From Neovahlkampfia damariscottae (taxonomy: Eukaryota), in contig JABLTG010000027.1 in assembly GCA_016618085.1 (NCBI GenBank), positions 62,001 through 126,000 on the forward strand: a DNA stretch of 64,000 bases, read 5' to 3'. The first letter of the stretch is position 1. Every line of letters starts with the position of its first letter. The notes below the pieces were generated by a model. That model was not told where the DNA came from. It ran no database searches and was given only the letters and a program-made list of their open reading frames with translations. Made by a program: the position numbers and the translations under genes. Positions 37,772-49,634 of the stretch are shown piece after piece.

Positions 37772-38671
37772 TCAAAATTGCACTGAAACAACATTTCCAT
37801 TTAAATTTCCAGAACTTTTTTCAATTGTTTTTCTTGAAGCAATATTTGAACATGCACAACCAGACATTGATATCTTTCCTTCTAATAAACAAATTTCTTG
37901 AAGTTTAATCAATAACAAAGTTCCCAATCCTTTTGACCTAAATTCTTTTTTAATCAACATTCCAATGCTCCAAATATCATCAAAAATTCGACTTTTCTGT
38001 TTAATACCAATTCCAATGATTTCATTTTCATTTGAAAAAAAATATAATTGCTCTTGTTGGGCCATTGGAACAACTTCTTCTTTTGACATAAAATAAGTTT
38101 CTCCTTCGATCATTTTAAAAATGATTTCATGATTTTCTTGATTGTCTTCAATTAATTTTAAGTGATGAGAAAAATCTTTCATCTTTTCCAATATACTTTT
38201 TATCTTTGAAATTATTATCATAATTGTAAATAAAAGGTGCATAGCCATGAATTGAAATTGATTTTTGAAATTCAAGAATTAAATTCATAACTTATAATCA
38301 ATTGTATAAGCCATACAAGTTTCTATTTCATAATGTTTTAAAAGTCTTTCAAAAATCTGTTTTTTCAATGATGGAAATGTGAGATTGATTTTTTCGTGCA
38401 GATAAAAACTATATAATTTTTTTTGTGTTTCATTGATGATAAAAAATCCTATGGTTTCTTGTCCTATTTGAATGGAGAGAAATGTGTTTTTCTCATCAAA
38501 GAGAACGACCTCTTCATAGAATGAGTCATACATAACTGGAAGTGTTGTTGAGTGCTGCTTGATTAATTGTAATCTTTTAGTTGAATCTTTTTCTTGTTTG
38601 AATGTCACTTCGTTGACATCAACTTGTTTGAAGAACATTTCTGAAGTTGAAAAATCTATTTCATTGGACAA
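37772..38671 (-). pseudogene. GNAT-family acetyltransferase, frameshifted (or split by an atypically long intron)
   Basis: C-terminal WSIGMLIKKEFRSKGLGT..GC..SNIASRKTIEK acetyl-CoA motif. The reading frame breaks near 38288 and again near 38200. Confidence 0.6.
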
Positions 38672-38779
38672 TGGTATTTATGTAAAAATTATAAAATAAA
38701 TTCTAATGGAAAAACAAAAAAAATTTGATTTTAAAAAATTTTGAAGTAGAGGAAATTTTTGACGAATCAAATACCTCCA

Positions 38780-39752
38780 ATGTTTCAACAATTTTCAACA
38801 CTACAACCACAAGAGAAACAAAATAAAAATCCTGGTTTTTTTGAAAGATATTCAAATCTCAAAACACCAGTAAAGTTTGAAGAGTTAACAAAAGAAGCAA
38901 ATTCAGTTTTTATTGGAGAAAATGAAAAATTACAAGGATTGAATTTCACTTACATTAATCCAATTACACAAAGTGGATTTCATGCATGTTCAACAGTTCA
39001 TCAATTTCAATTAATTTCAGATGGAATGACTCCTTGTGATTATAGTCCTGCAGTTCAGTACAGAACAAAGACTTCAACTGGATTTTGTAGAATTGATACA
39101 CAAAGTTGGATTGCTCAAGCAGTTTTACAACAAAAATTTTTGAATGAAAAACTCAAATTGGACATGAATTATAACGTAAAAAAAAAAAAAAAAAAATTAA
39201 AAAAAAAAGAATTATACTCATGCAATAAATACAAAACTCAATTATAAAGGACCATCTTATCATGTATCTGGAAGTTATAATACAGGAAAAGATGAAGTTT
39301 CTGCAAGTTTTATGCAAAGTCTTACACCAAAATTATCAGCTGGTGTTGGTATGAAATTTGAAAATGAAAGTGGTGAATCAAAATTATCAACAGGTGTTCG
39401 TTATCATAAAAAAGATGATTTAACATTATCTGCTGAATATAAACTTCAACCAAATGGTCTCAATAACACAAAAGTTTTGAAATTAGCATTTTATGAAAAA
39501 ACACGTCTTGATCTTCAAATGGCAGGTCAATTAACTTTTAATTTAAGTGAAACAAAGACATCATTTAAATATGGTTTAATTAGAAATTTTATTGGAAGTC
39601 AAGTACAAGTTATGGTTGATCAAGACTCAAATCTTTCAGTTGGCTTTGAACAATCTATTGGACAAAGAGTATCATTACAAACTATGTGTGATTGGGATCC
39701 AGAAAAATCAAGTTTAAAATATGGTATTGGTGTTCAAGTTACTCCAAACTAA
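38780..39752 (+). CDS. TOM40: Mitochondrial import channel Tom40 (eukaryotic porin family)
   Basis: PVKFEELTKEA, a GLNF beta-strand start, ASFMQSLTPKLSAG and the C-terminal beta-signal LKYGIGVQV. One intron 39176-39209. Confidence 0.8.
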
Positions 39753-39875
39753 AAAAAAAAAAAAAAAAAAAATTGAAATAAAAAATTTTAGCGGAAAATC
39801 TCAATTATATTTCCTCATTCATCAAAAATAATTCATAAGAAATTTAAAAGAAACCAGTTGAAAATAGAATTTTTT

Positions 39876-41399
39876 TTATTTTTTTAAAGTTCCTGAATAG
39901 AATTTAAGATTACGATCTAATGAAACAGAAGCTAAAAATTGAGCATCTCTACCAAAACATACACCTGTTACTTCTTTTTTATGTTCTTGATGTTTTGAAA
40001 TTTCTTCCCAAATTTTATTTTGAAATACTTGAACAGAACCAGAAGCTGAACCAACAGATAAATAGTTTCCACTGTGATCAAAGTTAACACATTTAACAGC
40101 TGAACCAATTTCAAATGTTTGAAAGTTTCTTGAATTTTTTAAATCCCATAATTTGACAGTACCATCAGTTGAACCTGTTGCTAAATGATAACCATTTTCA
40201 GAAAATGACATGGTAACAACTTCATTTGTATGTCCTTCATATTTTGCTACTATTTTATTTTCAAGTATATTCCAAATTGAAATAACGTTATTTGAATCTC
40301 CAAAACCTAATAAAATCCCATCTGGATGAAAACAACAAGTTTGAATTTTAGCATCAAGTGTATCATTTGATAATATTGTTTTTGCTGTATTTAAATCATG
40401 AAATTTCCATGTTTTATCATTTGAACTTGAAACTAAATAATTACCACTTGGATGTAAAGTTAAATCTGTAACAACATCTTTATGTTCTTTTATAATTGAA
40501 TTTGTAGTATATTCTTCTTTCTTTGAATCAAAACTCCAAACTCTAATAGTTTTATCAACTGAAGAAGATACTAAAGAATCATAATTTGAATTAAATGAAA
40601 CATTGGTAACTTGTTTTGTATGACCTTTCAAAGTTGATAATATTTGACTTGAATCTTTGTTAAAAATACTTAAAGTGTGATCATTTCCACCTGTCAAAAT
40701 CTTAAAAAAGAGTGTGTTAAAATGTTTTGTTTTTTTACTAAATTTTTTGTTGGATGAATATCTAAGCATGAAACACCTGCTGGTTTTGTTTTATGAAGTG
40801 GATAACTACCTTCCAAATGATAGTTTTTAACAAATTCTGGTGTCGCTAATGTATCTGAAAGTTCCCTTTTTTTTCTTTTGCTTGATAATTTTTTTGCTGT
40901 ATTTTGAATAATTTCAATTACAGGTTTTTCATAAGTAGATTCTTGTTCTTCCTCTTCTTCCATTTTTGAGTCTTCAACGTTATTTTTTAAGTCTTCTTTT
41001 TCTTTAATTAACCTAGCAATAACACGACAAGCAGCATCATGTTGATACAAAGCATGTGATAATTCTTGACGAAGCTATTTAAAATTTTAATTTTTTTTTT
41101 TTTTAACAAACTTCTTGATTTTGCTGTTTTAAAGAAAAAGTTTCTAACATTAAAGAATCCCACTCATTTTGAAATGTTTGTAAAAGACCTGGAATTGAAT
41201 TTGATGTCAATGTTCTTGGCTTTGTCATTGTTTCACTTTTTACATTTAATAAATCTTCTTCTGATAAAGTTTCTTTTGTAACAGGACATACACCTTTTTC
41301 ATCAATGTATTTCAAAATTAAACGTTTTTCGAAAAGTAATCCTGATTTTTTTGAGACTACAGGTTCTTCTGGAACTTTATTTGAAATGTTACAAAACAT
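39876..41399 (-). CDS. PRP19: Pre-mRNA-processing factor 19 (U-box plus WD40)
   Basis: [66 protein letters not shown] and WD40 repeats. 2 introns. Confidence 0.96.
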
Positions 41400-41649
41400 G
41401 ATGTTTCACCGTTTTTTTTCTTTATTGTAGTTTTGAAACAAATGATTGGTTGAAAAAAACAACATGTTTATTTCAATAAAATTAATTTATTTAAAAAAAT
41501 AAAAAACAGGTTCCAATTCATTTCCAATCAAGAAAAGCCGACGGAGTTTTTTTATTGGTCTATTAATCCCCAACAGAAAAAGTTCTGTTCGATGACTTTT
41601 GAATACTCCTGATTGGCATAAAGATATTCAAACTCAATCAATTTCCAAG

Positions 41650-42633
41650 ATGACCAAAGTACAAAAGACCTCAGCTTCAGATGCTTCACTGATATATAAG
41701 AGTCAAAAAGGAAAAGATTTCATTAAAGTAAAACTGCAACACGGAACTACTTGGTATGAAGGTGAAGAATTAAAAGGTGAAGTTGATTTTTATAGTACTT
41801 CAAACCAAACACCAGTCATTATTGTTGATTTCCATAGAACCATCAAATTCTTAGATAGTGCTGTTTCTAACCAAGTAAAATTCTTAAAAACAGAACAAAG
41901 ACAAATACAACTAACAAACGGATCAAATCAATTTTCAATTAATATACCTTATGGATGTGGTGGAAATAGCTCAATAATTATAGAAAGTGATGAAACAATT
42001 TTGATTGAATTTGTTTATGAAATGAAAATATTCATGAAGAAGAATTCATTGATTAATTTTTTTGGATCTATTCCAATTGACAATTTTGCTACAAAGATAA
42101 ACTTAATGGTTTATCCATTACCACTTTTAAAAGAATTAAAAAATCAAACTTCTTTTGAAGTCAAAGATGATTCAGAAGAATGGTCAACTCATAACTTTTC
42201 AGTTACTTTTCCAAAAAAAGTTTTTTTTTTATCAGAAGTTGTAGATTTATTAATACAGTTTAAAAAACAAAAAAATGGAAATTCATTGAAAAGTCTGTAT
42301 GTATACTTGTATCAAAAAATATCATTGAAAATTAACACAATTGAAGATTCAAGAGAAGAGGTTTTAGATGGTATTTTAGAACCAATACTTATTGGATCTT
42401 CTTTAATTCATGAAATGGATGATGAAAAATTAAATGTAAAAATTCAAATACCAACAACTATTTTGACTGATCAAAGTTATCGTAATTCTGATTTTTTTGT
42501 TGAAAATTTTATTGAAATATCTGCTTCGTTGTTAGATTTTGATTCAAGAGGTCCTTCAATTGATCAAGATATTCAGATATCTTCTCCTATAATTTCAGAA
42601 AAAAGATTGAAAACAATTTTGGATAATGTTTAA
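41650..42633 (+). CDS. Arrestin-like domain protein
   Basis: IKVKL....WYEGEELKGEVDF, FSINIP, IEFVYEMKI and FPKKVFFLSEVVDL resemble an arrestin N/C sandwich. ATTGG at 41612 supports the ATG at 41650. Confidence 0.6.
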   Translation: MTKVQKTSASDASLIYKSQKGKDFIKVKLQHGTTWYEGEELKGEVDFYSTSNQTPVIIVDFHRTIKFLDSAVSNQVKFLKTEQRQIQLTNGSNQFSINIPYGCGGNSSIIIESDETILIEFVYEMKIFMKKNSLINFFGSIPIDNFATKINLMVYPLPLLKELKNQTSFEVKDDSEEWSTHNFSVTFPKKVFFLSEVVDLLIQFKKQKNGNSLKSLYVYLYQKISLKINTIEDSREEVLDGILEPILIGSSLIHEMDDEKLNVKIQIPTTILTDQSYRNSDFFVENFIEISASLLDFDSRGPSIDQDIQISSPIISEKRLKTILDNV

Positions 42634-42742
42634 ACTTTATTTGTTTTTTTTTTCTTGAAATAAATCATCTTTCTATTTTGGTTTTTTTAGCGGGTTAATT
42701 TTTTTATCCAATGATATTTCGAATTTTTAAACCAATAATTTT

Positions 42743-43638
42743 ATGGAGAATAATAAAAAAGGAAGAAAGAGGAAAAGATCAAATAAAGAATTAAAAACAG
42801 AAAGTGATGATGAAATTGAAATTGATAATACAGAACCTGGTGTTATTAAATTAATTTCAAAATACACAAATTTAGATTCACATCAAAATCCAGACTCACC
42901 AGTTTCTCTTTCTTTTGAAAAATTAAAAAAATCATCATTAATTGAAATACTGGATAATTCAAATAATCTCACTTGTGAAATACAAAAATATGTAAAAAGA
43001 AAAAAAAAACTCAAAAAATTAAAAAGGGTCATTCATCTATCAAAGCTACTCATGGAGTGACTGGTAAAAAAAAAAAAAAAATTAAAAAAAAAGATGGTTC
43101 TTGGTATTTTGAAGTTAAAATTGAAACTCCAAATTATGAGGAAGGTCACACGTAATTAACCAATTTTTTTTTTTTAATTTTACAAATAAGGAGAATTGGA
43201 TGGTCTCGATTTCAATCTGAATTAAATGCACCTGTTGGTTATGATAAATATTCATATTCATATCGAGATGTTAAAGGTGATGTATTTCATAAAAGTATCG
43301 GAAAATCCTACGGTGCATCTTTTGGTGTTGGAGATGTCATTGGTTGTTATTTGTATATCCCAAGAAAAGAAATTTTAGAATGTAAAGAAACATATGATGA
43401 ATTTATTCATGATGGAAAGAAGCATATTTATGTAAAAAAAGAAGAACCTGAAGTTATTTCTAAAGATAGTTTCATAAGTTTTTATTTAAATGGAAAACCA
43501 CAAGGTATCGCATTTCATGATATATTTTATGGTAAATATTATCCATCAATTTCATTGTATATGGGTGCAAAAGCGACATTTAATTTCAAAAATTTTAAAT
43601 TTCCACCAACTGATGTCGAATTCAAATCAATTGAATAA
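42743..43638 (+). CDS. ASH2L: COMPASS subunit Ash2/Bre2 (SPRY domain)
   Basis: Spliced KATHGVTDGSWYFEVKI...RIGWSR...APVGYDKYSYSYRD..G..FH and YYPSISLY. 3 introns. Confidence 0.88.
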
Positions 43639-43744
43639 ATATTAAAATTAAGACTCCTATGTAATATAGCCTTAATGATTTAGAAATTATAAAATGTGTT
43701 AGATTGAAGAACCAATCAATTTGTTTTATTTTTTTTTTTGAAGG

Positions 43745-44552
43745 ATGTTTTTGAAGAAGAAGAATTTGATTTCAAAAATATCTTATTCATTGTATAAAGG
43801 ACATATACCCACTTCTTGTTTTCAAAAAACAGCGTTGGCTGCTGGTTCAGCTTTTTTAGGTTTTTTAGATCCAACTAGAGATCATTGTATAGCAATTTTA
43901 GGTGAAACAACAGGTTATCCATCATTAAAATATCTCCAAAATAAAATGAAATCATCAGAAGTACTAATAAAGAAAGTTAACATTTTTTTTTCACAGGAAG
44001 GAAGAGAAATATTAAAAGAAAAACCACGAGTAAATGAAATTTTAAATCCAGAGAAATTTTCAAATGAATATCTTTCAGGTTTACCAAAGAACACATTGGG
44101 TTACTCTTATTTCAAATATATGAATATCAATGGTTTTAAAGCAAGTGAAAGAGCAAAAGTTAAATTTGTTGATGATGTAGAATTAGCATATGTAATGACA
44201 AGATATAGAGAAATACATGATTTTTATCATGTCCTATCAGGTAAAAAAATATTGGATTTAATCAATAGATTTACCACCATCCGTTTATGGAGAAATTGTC
44301 GTAAAATGGATTGAAATGATGCAAACTGGATTACCAATGACAATGTTAAGTTCATTTGTAGGTCCTTTATTACTTAAAAACGAAGAGAAAATTAAATTAG
44401 CTCGAGATTTTGTTCCTTATGCTTCAAAAGTTGCTTTGAATTCGAAAAATTTAATGACAATCTATTTTGAAAAATATCTTGAACAAGATGTTGATGAATT
44501 TAGAAAATCAATTAATTTTCCAAAATGTGAAATAAAAATTGACGTAAATTAA
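43745..44552 (+). CDS. COQ4: Ubiquinone biosynthesis protein COQ4
   Basis: LGETTG, EGREILKEKPR, YVMTRYREIHDFYHVL and GEIVVKWIEMMQTGLPM. Introns 43961-43996 and 44241-44268. Confidence 0.95.
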
Positions 44553-44632
44553 AAATAAAGATGATTGGTTGTTTTTTCACCAATCATTTACTTGTTCATC
44601 AAAACCAATAAAAAAAAACAGTTTTAAACATC

Positions 44633-45717
44633 ATGGCATTTGGAACAGGATCCCTTGAATATTTGTTAGTATTAATGGTCTTTGCAGGACTATTTTGTTT
44701 TGTTATTTATTTACTTGGTGCCAAAGCGATGAAAGAAAAAACTTTTTATTGGGGCAATTATCATAACTTTTTTGCCATGTTGTTAACATTTCTGTTTTGT
44801 AAAAAAAAAAAAAATCTAAATTTTTTCACAAAGCACGTATGTTTGTCATTACATTTTTAATGTACATTCGTTATTATTTTGTTCCAAAATTAACTTGGGC
44901 TGCACAACAAAAATTACCAAGTTATCAATCTTTACAAACAACAGGAGATGTTTTAGTTATCTTTTGGGAATTTGTTTATATTCTTGGACTTTGTGTTATG
45001 TTCACATGGATTTCATACTTGATTTATGTTTGGAAAAGAATGACTGAAGTAAAAAACCCAACTGATTATCCATTTTTTTTAATTATAAATGGATTATTGT
45101 ACGCTTTTTCATTTGGTATGTTGATTATTCAACTTGCAATTTCAACCAATTCAGTTACTTGGATTAATACTGCTTTTTATCTTTTTGGTGTTTATGGAAT
45201 TGCTGCTTCTGTTCTTTTAATATTTTATGCTACTAGAGTTTCACTTTTAATTCCAGGTCATCCAAGTAATCCTTCAATGATGGCTTTGAAAAGAATAATT
45301 TTATTTGTTCAATTTTTAGGATGGTCAGCAGGCAGTACTTTAATGATTAGATGTTTAGGTATTATTATAGATACAATGTTTTATTCATATCTTCCAAATA
45401 ATTCAGTTGCTCAAACTGTTTGGAATATCTTTTTTAAATTCGTTCTTTGGATTGTTTGTGAATTACTTTTAGTCGTCTTTTTAATTTATGCTTATTTAGA
45501 AACTGATAAATTTATTACAGAATTATCAGTTATTTCAATTGAACGTGATCATGGAAGAGAAAATAGAATTTCAGAATTAGCAGAAGAAGAAATTAAATTT
45601 TCAGAATCACAACAAGGTCAAGGTCAAAATGCTGCTCCTGTCAGAGAAGAAAGATTTCAACTTGAAGAAGTAATTGAAACAGAAGATGAAACTGCTTCAA
45701 TGATTGAAAAAGAATAA
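44633..45717 (+). CDS. Seven-transmembrane protein (THH1/TOM1/GPR137-like topology)
   Basis: About 7 hydrophobic helices and an acidic C-terminal tail. One intron at about 44799-44833. Confidence 0.6.
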
Positions 45718-45762
45718 AATATTATAAAAATTAAACCAAAAAAAAAGGTTCTTTTAAAATCT

Positions 45763-47683
45763 TTATTGTAAACCAAATACTTCAATTTCGATTGTTTTAA
45801 AATTATAACTTCCAGCTAAGAATGTATTTTGTGTTCCTGTGAAATCTTTTGGTGTATTATAACTATAAGGATAATTTGAATATGAACTATTTGTTGTATT
45901 GCTATTATTACAAATATAAAGACTTTAAAAGTTAATAGGAATAAATAAAAACATACTCATGACCAGAACCAAATGTTGGACCATATGAACTATATCTATA
46001 TTGTTCATTACTTTGTTTTTTACTTTCAATTTTTTGTGGTGAATTTGCAGAATTAACAAGAGAAAATAAAAATGTTTTTGGATTATTTGAATAACCAGAA
46101 CCACTCCATGGATCAGCACAATAAGCACCAAAGACATTATTATTTGTACTTTTAATGATAACAATTGATTCTTTAAATTTATCACATTTTGAATGAAAAT
46201 GATTGGTTCCAAATCCATCTTTGGTAGCTTGATAACAAAGTTTCCATTTTTTTGATTTATCATTAATAAATTTCAATACTTGCATAGATTGTTGAGCATT
46301 AACAATTTTTGAACCAACCAATAATTGAGCACGTTGCATAAATTGAATATCAACCAAATCTTCATATTTATCTGGATTTTTATTATAATCCATAGCTTCA
46401 TCATATGCTTTAGTTGGACAAAATCCAGATGTTTTTACAACTTTTTTTAAATCATCAATTGTCATTTGTGGAAATCTTATATACTGTAAAAGATCAGGTA
46501 TTTTTGATTTATCATTTTTCTTTCCCCATTTTAAAACTGAATCAAAAAGTTCAACTTCATCAACTACTAATCTTGAACTTTTTAAAATTTGAATCAAAAT
46601 ATCTTCTGGTAATTTTGACCAATTATCTTCAAGGATTACATCATAACAATTATTTTCAATAAAACGAATTGTACCTTCAATTACAGGTGTTGAGTCAAAT
46701 TTAAGTTCCTTTAAAGTTTTTTAATTTTTTTTTTTTTTTTTTTACTTTTTTATACGCTTTCAATAAAAGTGGAATAACTTCTTTTGAATTTGTTTCAGTT
46801 AACATAGATTCAACACCTCTTTTTAATAAAAATTCAATTCCAAAGGCATCATAATCTGGCATAAGTTTTTCTAGATTTTCTTGATCTAAAATATATCTTC
46901 CAGTATACATAAAATCTAATAAATATTCTGCATGTTCAATAGATACATCTTTGATAGTATATTCACTTTTATTTAAAAATTCATTGAACAATTTTTGACT
47001 TTTTTTTTTAATTTTTTTTTTTTTTTTTCAAACCTATAATTTGAGATAACCATTTTATGAACTGGAAATCTTTTGTCTTCAATAATAATAGTAGCATCTG
47101 AGAATAAAGACATATCCATTTTTTTTGGAAATTTTAAAGGATGTAATTCGTCTCTTTCTGAAATTAAACAAATACCTCCAATTTGAGTAACTTTACATTC
47201 TCTTCTACAATCTAATTCTAATCTAATATCTTGTATTTCAAAGTTTTTTGAAGGTAAATTCAGTAATGGATTGAAAACACGATATTCAGTTACAATTTCA
47301 GGTTCATTAGTTGACCAAAGTACTACCCATGGATCTTCAATTGATTTTCTTCCGGAAATCTTAACAACTGCTCCTCCATTATAAGTTTCATAAATATGAA
47401 TTTCTGAAACAGGTCCTGGTGATGGAAATCCAACTTCAATTACTTCTGTGGTACCTTTGTCTTTTAAAGGTGTCCATCCTTTGACAAGTTGTTGTGTTTG
47501 ATCTTCTCCTTTAGGTGTTGTTGTTTTTCCAATCAAATTTGTAGCAGGAGATTTTTTGTGTTCTGAAGATGAAAAGTAAACTTTTGAAACCCATTGCTCT
47601 TTTTCAAATTTCCCAGTTGCTATTCTTTCTTCTTCTTTCTGTTTTTTTTCTCTGTCTCTTCTTTTTTTGTTTTTTTTTGCCAT
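45763..47683 (-). CDS. BTB-BACK-TLDc protein with an N-terminal galactose-binding-like (FBXL4/pappalysin-type) domain
   Basis: FSDATIIIEDKRFPVHKMVIS (BTB); EVELFDSVLKW..IRFPQM (BACK); LCYQATKDGF...FHSKCD, GPTFGSGHDL and EIEVF (TLDc); N-terminal QWVSKVYFSS..IHIYETYNGGAVVKI. Confidence 0.85.
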
Positions 47684-47750
47684 TAGTTTGATTGGTTGAT
47701 AATTAGACCAATGAAATAATTTTCAATTTAAAACTTGAAAAACTAAATTT

Positions 47751-49329
47751 TTATTTTGATTTCATTTCTTTTAATAATTCAGAAAATCTTTTAAGTCCCC
47801 TTTTAAAAAAATAATAAATAAAAAAATAAATAAATACAATTCAAAATTCTCTGATGATTCAATTGAGAATGCAGCACGAACATAAGGTCCAGGTTTATTT
47901 AAAGGATGAAATGATTGACCAGGTACTAAAAGTATTAATTTATCTCTTGCTCCATTTTCAATTAAGAATTTTGAATCTTCAACATTTTCTAATTTGATCC
48001 ATAAGAACATACCTCCTTCAGGAACACTCCATCTAAAATTCAAAAATTAATTTTTTAAAATATGATTACTCAGCAAGTCCTGTTAAATATTTATCTGCTA
48101 ATTTACAAAAAACTTCTTTTCTTTCTTTGTAAAACTTTTGAATGTTTGAAATATGTTTATTCCATCCTTCTTCTCCCCATGATTTAAATAATTCAAATGC
48201 AATTGCTTGAGTCAATGCAGGGGTATGTAATGAAGTAGCTTGTGTATGGAAATTAATTCTTTCAATAATTTCATTCGGTCCAGTGCACCAACCCTAATGG
48301 AAAATGTTATTGATGAAATCAATATTGAATACTAATCTTAATCCAGATGATAAAACTTTGCTCAAAGAATCAAATCTAAGTACTCTCCCATCTTCATCAA
48401 ATTTTAAAAAACTAGATAATTTTGATCCATAAGTGAGGTAATAATAAGGATCATCTTCTAAAATTAAAAAGTTATATTTAGACGCAATTTTGTAAATAAT
48501 TTCTTTTCTTGAATCTGGGATAGTTGCACCTGATGGATTTGATGAATGTGGTATTGTATATAAAAATTTAGGCATCGGTTTTGAATTTTTTTTTCTTTCT
48601 AAAAGAACATTTGATAAATGTTCAGGAATAATTCCTTGATGGTCAGTTTCAATTGATATGATTTCTATTTCTTTTTTTAGTATCAAATAATATAAATTAC
48701 CAGGTCCTAAAGGTCTTAAAGCAGCTAATGAACCAGAATAAGTAGCTGTTAATTTTTTAATTTTTTTTTTTCAACAAATTCTTACGATTTTCCAAAAGAA
48801 TTGCATCTCCTTCATCAATTAAACTTTCTAAATAAAAATTTTTAATAAAAAATGTTTTACCAAAAGCTTTTGAGAGTCCATCTTGTGAACCACTTGTAAC
48901 AATGGAATTCCATAATTTTGAATCTAATTTTGGACTAAATTCTTTTTTTTGATGTTCTATAACCCATGAATGAAATTCAGGAAGTCCAATCTTTCAATAA
49001 TTCATTTTTAATTTTTTTTTTTTTTTTTTTTTACTGTTTGGGTGTATTGAAGTGCTTCATTTAATTTTTTTGTTGACAATTCAATGTCAGACCCATCTTT
49101 TAATTTAAATGAACACGATTCAAATGGAAATGTTAATGGATTTGGTACACCTCCAGCCAATGACACCATTCCAGGTATTTTCATCAAAGGAAACAAACTC
49201 CTGATTGCACTATTTGTTGAAAATTTGAGTATTTTTTGTGTTTACCTTGGTTCTCTTTTTTTTGCAATCTTGGTAATGTTAGTTGCAAAAATTTACTTTG
49301 CTTAAAAATGAGTTGTAGTTGATTTTCAT
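47751..49329 (-). CDS. PLP-dependent kynurenine/alpha-aminoadipate aminotransferase (AADAT/Aro8-like), about 10 exons
   Basis: SLAGGVPNP, ALQY, VTSGSQDG, YTIP..SNPSG, ILEDDPYY, DSLSKVLSSGLRLGW and GGMFLW. Confidence 0.92.
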
Positions 49330-49444
49330 TCTGCAAAAAATCTGATTGGTTGAATTATTCCCACCAAAATACAAGGAACGTTTTGTTTTTTTGATTAAAA
49401 GTCCCTGATTTCAAAGAACGAATGATCCAAAAAGTTAACAAATT

Positions 49445-49522
49445 TCCCTCAAGGAGGAATCGAACCTCCATCACCAAGATATCCAATAAAAGCTTGGTAC
49501 ATTCCCATTATGCTATCAAGGG
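49445..49522 (-). tRNA. Atypical tRNA or tRNA-like gene: UUU anticodon (Lys) if a 7-nt canonical-position intron is removed; Tyr-like acceptor end
   Basis: CCCTTGA TA GCAT AATGGGA ATGT A CCAAG CTTTTATTGGATAT CTTGG TGAT GGAGG TTCGATT CCTCC TTGAGGG A. All four stems pair; the anticodon loop is 14 nt; T5 terminator downstream. Confidence 0.75.
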
Positions 49523-49634
49523 GTATTGACAACTGGAATTCAAGCAAAAGTCAAAATTGTAAGATTGATTCTTCATCATGTTTTTTTAATTTTATTTTGG
49601 TTCAAAATCGAATCCAAATGAATATCAAAAACAT

